From: Candidatus Peribacter riflensis
Lineage (GTDB): Bacteria > Patescibacteriota > Gracilibacteria > Peribacterales > Peribacteraceae
Assembly (NCBI GenBank): GCA_001430755.1
Contig: CP013062.1
Span: 330,001-362,000, forward strand
DNA length: 32,000 nt
Reading direction: 5' to 3'
The position numbers and the translations under genes are program-made. How positions within the stretch are numbered: the stretch's first letter is position 1; every line of letters begins with the position of its first letter. Positions 1 to 7,200 of the stretch are shown here, one piece after another. The notes under the pieces are model-generated. The model made no database searches. It was not told the origin of the DNA and worked only from the letters and a program-made list of their open reading frames with translations.

Positions 1-1213
1 TCGGGGGCACTTCGTTTGCCTGCGTGAGGTGTTTGGTCTTGGAGAGCGCCTTCACGGGTTGGTCAACGACCGTATCCTGAAACCAGCGGTGGAGCTCCCG
101 TGTGGGGATGCGCCGCAGACGGTTGCGCTGCACCTGCTCGATCAGGGGAAAAATCTTCAGGAGCCCCTCGCGGGTGACGGCGGAGCAGGGGAGGAGCGGT
201 GCGAAACGGCAGAAGATCAAATCGCGCCAGAGATCGTCCACGGCCTTGGCGCGCGCTTCGGTTGTGAGCCGGTCCACCTTATTGAGCAGGATGATGAGCC
301 CCTTGCCGGCCTCGGTGGCCAGAGTGGCGAGGCGCTGATCCTGGTGGCTGATGGGCTCGCACGCGTCGAGCACAAGGAGCGCCACGTCGCACTGCTCCAG
401 TGCCTGGATGCTCCTGAGTACGGCGTACTGCTCGATGCCGCTCTCCACATTCGACTTCCGGCGGATGCCCGCCGTGTCGATGAAGAGGTACTCCTGCTCA
501 TGAAAACGAATGACCGTATCCACGGCATCACGCGTGGTCCCGGGGATATCCGACACGAGCATGGGCGAGACCGAGCGCTGGGGATCAGACATGAACGCGT
601 TGATGAGCGAGCTCTTGCCCACATTCGGCTTGCCGATGACGGCGATCTTCGGCAGGTCGGATTTTTGCGTCTTCGGCTGTTTCTTGAAGTGGAGCTTCTT
701 CAGTTCCTTCGTGACCGCGGCGAGGAGCTCATCCGTGCCGATCGCATGCGGCGCGCTCACGGGGATGACGACGTCCGAGATGCCGAGCGAAAGGTATTCC
801 ACCATCTGTCCTTCGATGGTCGCGGGGTTGTCGCACTTCGTCGGCACGAGAATCACCGGCACGTGGCGGCGGCGGTTTTTCCTCAGAAGGTCGATGATGG
901 AGTGGTCGCTCTTCGTCAGCTCTTCGCGGCTGTTCAGCGTGAACAGGATGAGATCGGCATGTTCCAGTGCGAGCAGTGACTGCCGGTGCACGTCCTGTTC
1001 GAAGCCCTTGTCGGTCGTGCCGCCTCCCATGCCTCCGGTATCGAGCAGCAGAAAATCCATCGTCTTCGTCTCCATGCGGTGCGCCACGTGGTCGCGGGTG
1101 GTGCCTGCCACTTCGCTTTCAATCGCTTTGCGCTCGCCGACGAGCCGGTTGAACAGGGTGGATTTGCCCGTATTCGGTCTGCCGATAATGGCGACGGTGG
1201 GGAGGGAGGGCAT
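1..1213 (-). CDS. der: GTPase Der/EngA (tandem GTPase domains); the C-terminal end lies beyond the window start
   Basis: Absent from the ORF track because there is no stop in the window. Minus-strand translation from ATG 1213..1211 gives MPSLPTVAIIGRPNTGKSTLFNRL (first P-loop). The same frame at ~655..600 gives LPKIAVIGKPNVGKSSLINA (second P-loop). The frame stays open to position 2 (...KHLTQANEVPP, KH-like region). Confidence 0.9.
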   Translation of the reverse strand, partial: MPSLPTVAIIGRPNTGKSTLFNRLVGERKAIESEVAGTTRDHVAHRMETKTMDFLLLDTGGMGGGTTDKGFEQDVHRQSLLALEHADLILFTLNSREELTKSDHSIIDLLRKNRRRHVPVILVPTKCDNPATIEGQMVEYLSLGISDVVIPVSAPHAIGTDELLAAVTKELKKLHFKKQPKTQKSDLPKIAVIGKPNVGKSSLINAFMSDPQRSVSPMLVSDIPGTTRDAVDTVIRFHEQEYLFIDTAGIRRKSNVESGIEQYAVLRSIQALEQCDVALLVLDACEPISHQDQRLATLATEAGKGLIILLNKVDRLTTEARAKAVDDLWRDLIFCRFAPLLPCSAVTREGLLKIFPLIEQVQRNRLRRIPTRELHRWFQDTVVDQPVKALSKTKHLTQANEVPP

Positions 1214-1214
1214 G

Positions 1215-1253
1215 GGGAATACTCCCAGTGTAGCGTGTAACCGGGAGTATCCC
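1215..1253 (-). other. Intercistronic stem-loop between the giant-gene stop (1277) and the der start (1213)
   Basis: ATACTCCC (1219-1226) pairs with GGGAGTAT (1243-1250). GGG (1215-1217) pairs with CCC (1251-1253) across one bulged A, with a 16-nt loop. There is no U-run on the transcribed strand, so it is not a classical terminator. Confidence 0.35.
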
Positions 1254-1276
1254 ATCGCGAAAAGCGCTTCAATTGC

Positions 1277-4200
1277 TCAGCATTTGACCTGTTGAGATCC
1301 GGTGAAGTTGATCGTAGTGGGCACCTGCAGACTGCGGATCTGGTACTGGACGCGCAGTGTCTGGTTGCAGGCAGTGGTGCTGAAGGTTCTGAACGCGATG
1401 ATTTTCGTCACTATTGCGCCCGGCTTCAGTGTGCCCAAGACGCATGAAGTGCTTCCGCAGTTCGCGGCAGACATGAACGCAGCGCCCGGAGGAGTGGTGT
1501 AGTACAGCGTCAGATACGCCGGCGCGTTGCCCGTATTGCGGATGGTAATTTTGTGCGAGAACGTATGTCCCGGGCGAATGTAACTCTGTGCGTTTCCGTA
1601 CGAGGTTGCGTAGGCATAAATTTTGGCGCCAGCGCTGCTGCTCGCTGCCATAGCGGAGGAAACGCTGGAGGAGGAAGAAGCGGCAGAGGCAGTGCTGGCG
1701 ATAGACGCGCTGCTCACGGCGGGGCTGACGCTGCTACTCGCTGCAACGTTGGGGCACTCCTTCCATCCTGCAATGGAGAGACTGTACAGAGAGCACACTG
1801 TTGATGTGCTGCCGATCTGCACGTAGCAGGCAGGCAGAGCACCCGCGCAGGAAATGCCTATGCAGTGCACACAGTCCCCTGGAATACCAGACGAAGAAGA
1901 CGAAGGCGCGCTGCTGACCGAGTGCGCCGTTTCCGCGCTGGAAGACATCGGACCGACACTGCTGCTGGCACTGCTCGAAACGATGATCGGTGGCGGGGGG
2001 CAGCAGCAGCCGATGGGATCCTGCTGTGCGAGCGTCTCGGTGGCGGTATCGGCGAAGCCGAGCAGAGAGCCGAAGAACTGGACGAAGCGCATTGGCCAGC
2101 TACTCTGTGCCGTTACATTCCCTGCTGACCATATCCAATCGGGATGCTGCAGAGCGCATTCTGCCTGTGTCCTGTGTGTGCAGATTGCAAGACAGATGAG
2201 CGTGGAGGGAGTGCTTGTTGCCGAAGATTCGCTGCTGGAGGAGGAAGAAACCGGGGTGAGAGAAGAGCTGCTGAAAGACGCCGAAGATGCGCTGCTGATC
2301 GAAGAAGAAGCGGCGGGAACAGAGGTGACGGAAGACGAGATTCCGACGCAGCGGGCACACTGCGCGTAGCAGGGGGGGTTGCCGCATGCTCCCGAGTACT
2401 CCGCCTGCTGGCCGGCGGGACAATCGATGTGCGCGGCCTGCTGGCAGATATTATTCACGCACGTCGCCAGACAGGTGAATCCCATCTGGCACGAAGCCCA
2501 CGGAGTGGGGGAGCACGAAGTCGAGGAACTGCTCCGGTAAGAAACGCTGCCGGTTGGGACGAATGCCACGGCATCAACGGAGAATGCTCCCAACGGGCCT
2601 TCAATGTTCACGGAGAGAGATCCGGTCAGCGTAACCGCTCCGAGTTTCTGCCATCGGACGCCACCCCACGTGTGGGAACCGGACGGCGCGATTTTCTGGT
2701 TGACGGAGACGTCAAAGTTTTGCCATACATTTTCGTTGATGAACTTAGATTTGTATTGGATATCTGTTGCGTATCCGGGTGACGGTTTCCATGTTGCATA
2801 GATGTCGAATGGGACGGGGTTCTCGAATGCTGTATCGCTGTACCATCCGATCCGTGTGACTGGCGAGGGGCCGCCGCCATGGTAGACGTATGAATCGTTG
2901 TATCCACCCTCTCCTTGTACACGCCGGAAATCTCCGGTCATTGTATAGGGGGGGCTATTGTCGTCGAAGACAATGGTATCGGCGGGGAATTCTTCTGCCG
3001 ACAACGATGATTGCGACGAAGAGCTTTTCGGTGTGCAGGCAGCATCCCTGCAGAGTTTTACGATCTTCAGTACCGTTGTTCGGTTCACTTGTTGGCCGCC
3101 ACTGTACTCATACCGTTCGCCGTAGTACGCAACCACGGGAATGCCGTCCGGCCCGACAGCAAGGGAAGTATAGAGACCAATATCCTGAGCGTTCCATGTC
3201 GCAGGATTCCCTTCGAGCGTCACGATAGCTTTCTGCGCGCATGTCGCATCGTTACACTGGGCGATCTTGAACGTATTCGCGACACCGTCGTGATAGGCAA
3301 GAAGAGGATTCCCGTCTTGGATGACCATGCTGACATACTCGCCCGCGTTCCCCGCGCCGCCGTTGCCATCTACGGATGTGAAAATGGTATTCGCGCTGCA
3401 GGAAGGATTGATGCACTTTGCGATTTCAAGATCGCGTGCCACGTTATTGTAATATGCCAGAACGGGCAGACCATCCTGTCCCATTGCAATTTGCGAGAAC
3501 ATGCCGGAGTGCTGTTGTGATCGAGATTCATTGTGTACCGGCGAGACGAATGCATTGGAGCATTGGGCATCATTGCACTTTGCATATTTGAGACGCTGCC
3601 AAGTGTAGTCCATGTACGAAATAACAGGATTGCCGTCGGCTCCTATTGTGATATCGGTGTATGGTCCTACATGCCCTGTGTTGAATACGGTCTTCCGGTT
3701 TGTTGACGTGCAATCGGTATCGAGGCACTTCGCCACTTTCAGTGTGCCGTTCGCAACACTGAGATAGGAGTAGTACGAAATGACAGGAAGGTTATCGGAT
3801 GGGATGACAATGGCGCTGTACCGGCCCACGTCTCCGACGCTGTCGATCGTACGGATGCTCGCTATTGCCGGTGTGCAGAAACGATCTCTGCAGCGCGCGA
3901 TTTTAAGATTCTTGTTCGTTTGGTCGTAGTACGAAATGACAGGATATCCGTTGCCGTCGAGTGCGATTCCTGCAAAGAGACCGACATTTCCGGAGGTATC
4001 CAGAACGGTAATCGTTGGTGACTCGCAAGATGGAGTGGTGCACTTTGCGACTTTCAAATCGCCGTTTATCTGATCGTAGTAGGCGAGTATAGGAAGATTG
4101 TCAGAGCCGACTGCGATTGATGCGTATTTTCCGGCCAGTTGGCCCGTATCGATCGTCGAGAAGCGCGGGAACCATGGACCGATCATGGTAGCGCCGTAAG

Positions 4201-7200
4201 AAGACGAGTTGCTGCTCGAAGACGCTGCCTGCTGTTTGTTACGGAATACCACCGTAGCGCAGACCGGCCCCGGCTGTACCGTGACCGTGCCCTGCAGCGG
4301 ATCGACGAGAGTCTGTTCCCAGGTGTGGCGCGGCTCCTCAATGATGGCATGGATGCCGGGAGGTACATCGATGAAGGTTGCCCGTCCGTCCTGACTGCTC
4401 TCCCGCGTTGTCGTGCCATCGAGCGTGAACGAAAAGGAGGGCGTGGGATGCACGAGTGCATTCGTCGCATCGAACGCCTCCTTCAGCACGATGACGCAGC
4501 CGGCTTGGGTGGAGGAAACGGAACTGGAGCTCGAAGAACTTGGAAGCGTATTTGAGGAAGAGCTGCTGGTCCTGATCGATGACGAACTCTGCGGCGCTCC
4601 CGTGGGCACGATCTTCACGGCATCCACGGTGTAGCGCTTGCTATTCGGCGCACGGATGAGCACGACAACTTCATCGCCTTTCGTGATCGTGACCCTTCCG
4701 ACTTTCTTGAATGGTACGCCGCCATCCACGATATCGGCTGCGGGAGCGTTCTGCTGGTTGATCGCCCAGATAATGCGCGTTTCATAGGAACTCTCTCCGT
4801 TGAGCCGCTGCCAGACGACGACATTGACGTCGTATGCATTCTCCGCATGTGGCTGCCACGCAGTGAAGACGTCGTACTCGCCGTTGGGAAGATCGTGCGT
4901 GTAGAACCCGGCTTGTGTCGTGAGAAGGCTTCCCGGCTGAGCCGCGTGCAGGCGGTGGTGCTCTTGGTAGCCCGCATCCTCGACCGTGCTCCAACCCGGC
5001 CCCCAAGTGAGAAAGTTCGTGATGCCGGAAACGGAGATCTCATCATCGAATGTCAGTTCTCCGCTTGCGGCGTGCAGTGAGGAAGAGAAAGATGAGACAG
5101 ACGATGCCGAAGAGGAAGAGCTCCTACTTGAGGAGGAAGAAGAGCTGCTGATCGAACTGTTGCCCGAAGAGGAGAGAGAACTCATTGGAGGTGGCGTTGT
5201 CGATTCGCCGATTTTGACACCGAACTTATCGAATTCCTCTGTGATCACAAATTGACCCTGAGCATTGTAGTGGTCCACAAATCGTGCCTGTGGGATGAGC
5301 CAGGTCTCCTGAGTGTTTTCCTGACGCACTTGCTCAATTTCGTACTGCGATCGAGATCCGCCTCCTTTCGATTGAGGATATCCTGAATTGCATACAAACA
5401 GCGGTGTAGATGTGTACTCAAACTGGCTCTTCCAAAAACTGATGTAATCGGCCGAAGCAATGTAATAGTGCTGGGCTTCACAGTGATTCGGGTGCGCAGA
5501 TCGTTGCACGTATGCCATTCCATTGAACGAGATATACGAGGGGAGTATCCGATCGATGACACTGTTCGTTCGAATGAAGGTATAGTCACTCACGTCAAAG
5601 TACTCGCGGTAGCGCAGTACGGAGTTGTCGTTCTGTGTTGCGGTCAACAGGCGGCCGATTCCATTGAACCATGCTTCGTCTGCGTACTCCAGCCGCGTGC
5701 TGTCGGATAGTGTTTGCGTGCGGATACGATTGCTGACGGGATACTTCGTCACTGACGTTGGACATGTGATGTTGTCGGTGAGTGTTCCCGTGGCTGTCGT
5801 GTGCGAGCCGTCGACGACGATGTAGGGATACTCCAGGATATTTGCGCAGGTGGTGAGTGTGGAGAGGGAGAATGCGATCTGCCGTTCAACGCTGGCACCG
5901 GCATCGATTGGTGGCAGGGTGCAGCGAACGGATCCTCCCGTCACAGTACAGTCGGGGTGTGTTCTGGCCACTCCGAGCGATGTGCGGACAAGATTGAATC
6001 CGGAAGGGAGTGCTATCCAAATCGAAGCATTTTCGCGCCTGCTCTCACCTGTATTTTTCACGGTCAATTGGTAGCGGAGATACGGTTCGGCCGACTGCAG
6101 AAATTGCGGACGTACCCGGCTGAGGGATGTGTGCAGCGAGGCGACGGTGCTGCGGCGGCTGCTGCTGGAGGAAGCCTCGATGAGGCACTGTCCGGAACAG
6201 CTGTCTTCATTCGTCGTATTGCCATCGTCACACTGCTCTCCTGGCTGATTGATCATGCCGTCGCCGCAGAAAGGAGCAGGCGAGGAGAGAGACGAAGACG
6301 AGCTACTGCCTGCAGAACTGATTGATGAGGGAGGAGCAACCGAGGAACTGGAGCTGCTGGAGGAAACTGGTGCAACGGAGAAGCTGGAGCTGCTCACCGA
6401 CAATGCACTCGACGTGCTTGAAACGGGCGCCGTCCCCCTCGGCACCAGCTTCACCGCATCCGCCACGAAGTTCGCGGTTTCGCGCGCTGTGATGTACACA
6501 CGGACGGTGGAGCCGTCGGTGATGATAATGGGAGCGGTAGTAATCTTCGCAAATATTGATCCCTCCCAGCGGCGAGTCTCGGCAAAGGTTGCAGGGTCAA
6601 GGCGTTGGTTGACTGCAATGGAAGGGAAATTCTTGCCGGGCTGCCCGACAATGACACCGGCGGCGTTCGTGACGGGCAGGGTGGGATCCCAGGTGGCGTA
6701 GACGTCGTATTCCCCTGTGGTGACAGTGTGAGCGAAGTAACGGGCGAAGGCGTAGCCGGGATTACTCGTCTGCGCTGCATGGCGACGCTGCGTCCCCAGA
6801 TATCCTTTTCCTGTTTCTATCGACCATCCGTTGCCGTCCGCGCGAAAGCGGCTTTCATCCCCTTGCACGTCGTCGAAGGTGATGGTGCCGGGGACGGGGG
6901 GGTCGTTTGGTATCGTCATGGTTCCATACCGCGTGCCTTCAATCACCAGCCCCGGTTGGTTGAGCCATGCAAACTTTGGCAGAGCTTTCCAATCATGCTG
7001 TGCATAGGAGGTATCATGTTCCCCATCAAACCACAGGATGTGGCTCTGGTGGATGCCGGTTGTGAATTGAGCGGGATCCGCACTATTCTCAAGAAACACC
7101 CGCACACCGGCAGGTCTGCTCTCATCGATTTTCGGTTGTAACACTGTCGCGTGGAGCGTCAGTATTTCACTGGAACCGCGCGCAATCGTCGCGATTTCTC

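Noticed and set aside
29-979. 316-aa plus-strand ORF (also 510..1295, 217..624 and others)
   Set aside because: These lie antisense to, or out of frame with, the der gene, whose two P-loops are unambiguous on the minus strand. The products are Arg/Gly/Leu-rich with no motifs, as expected for stop-poor alternative frames in GC-rich DNA.
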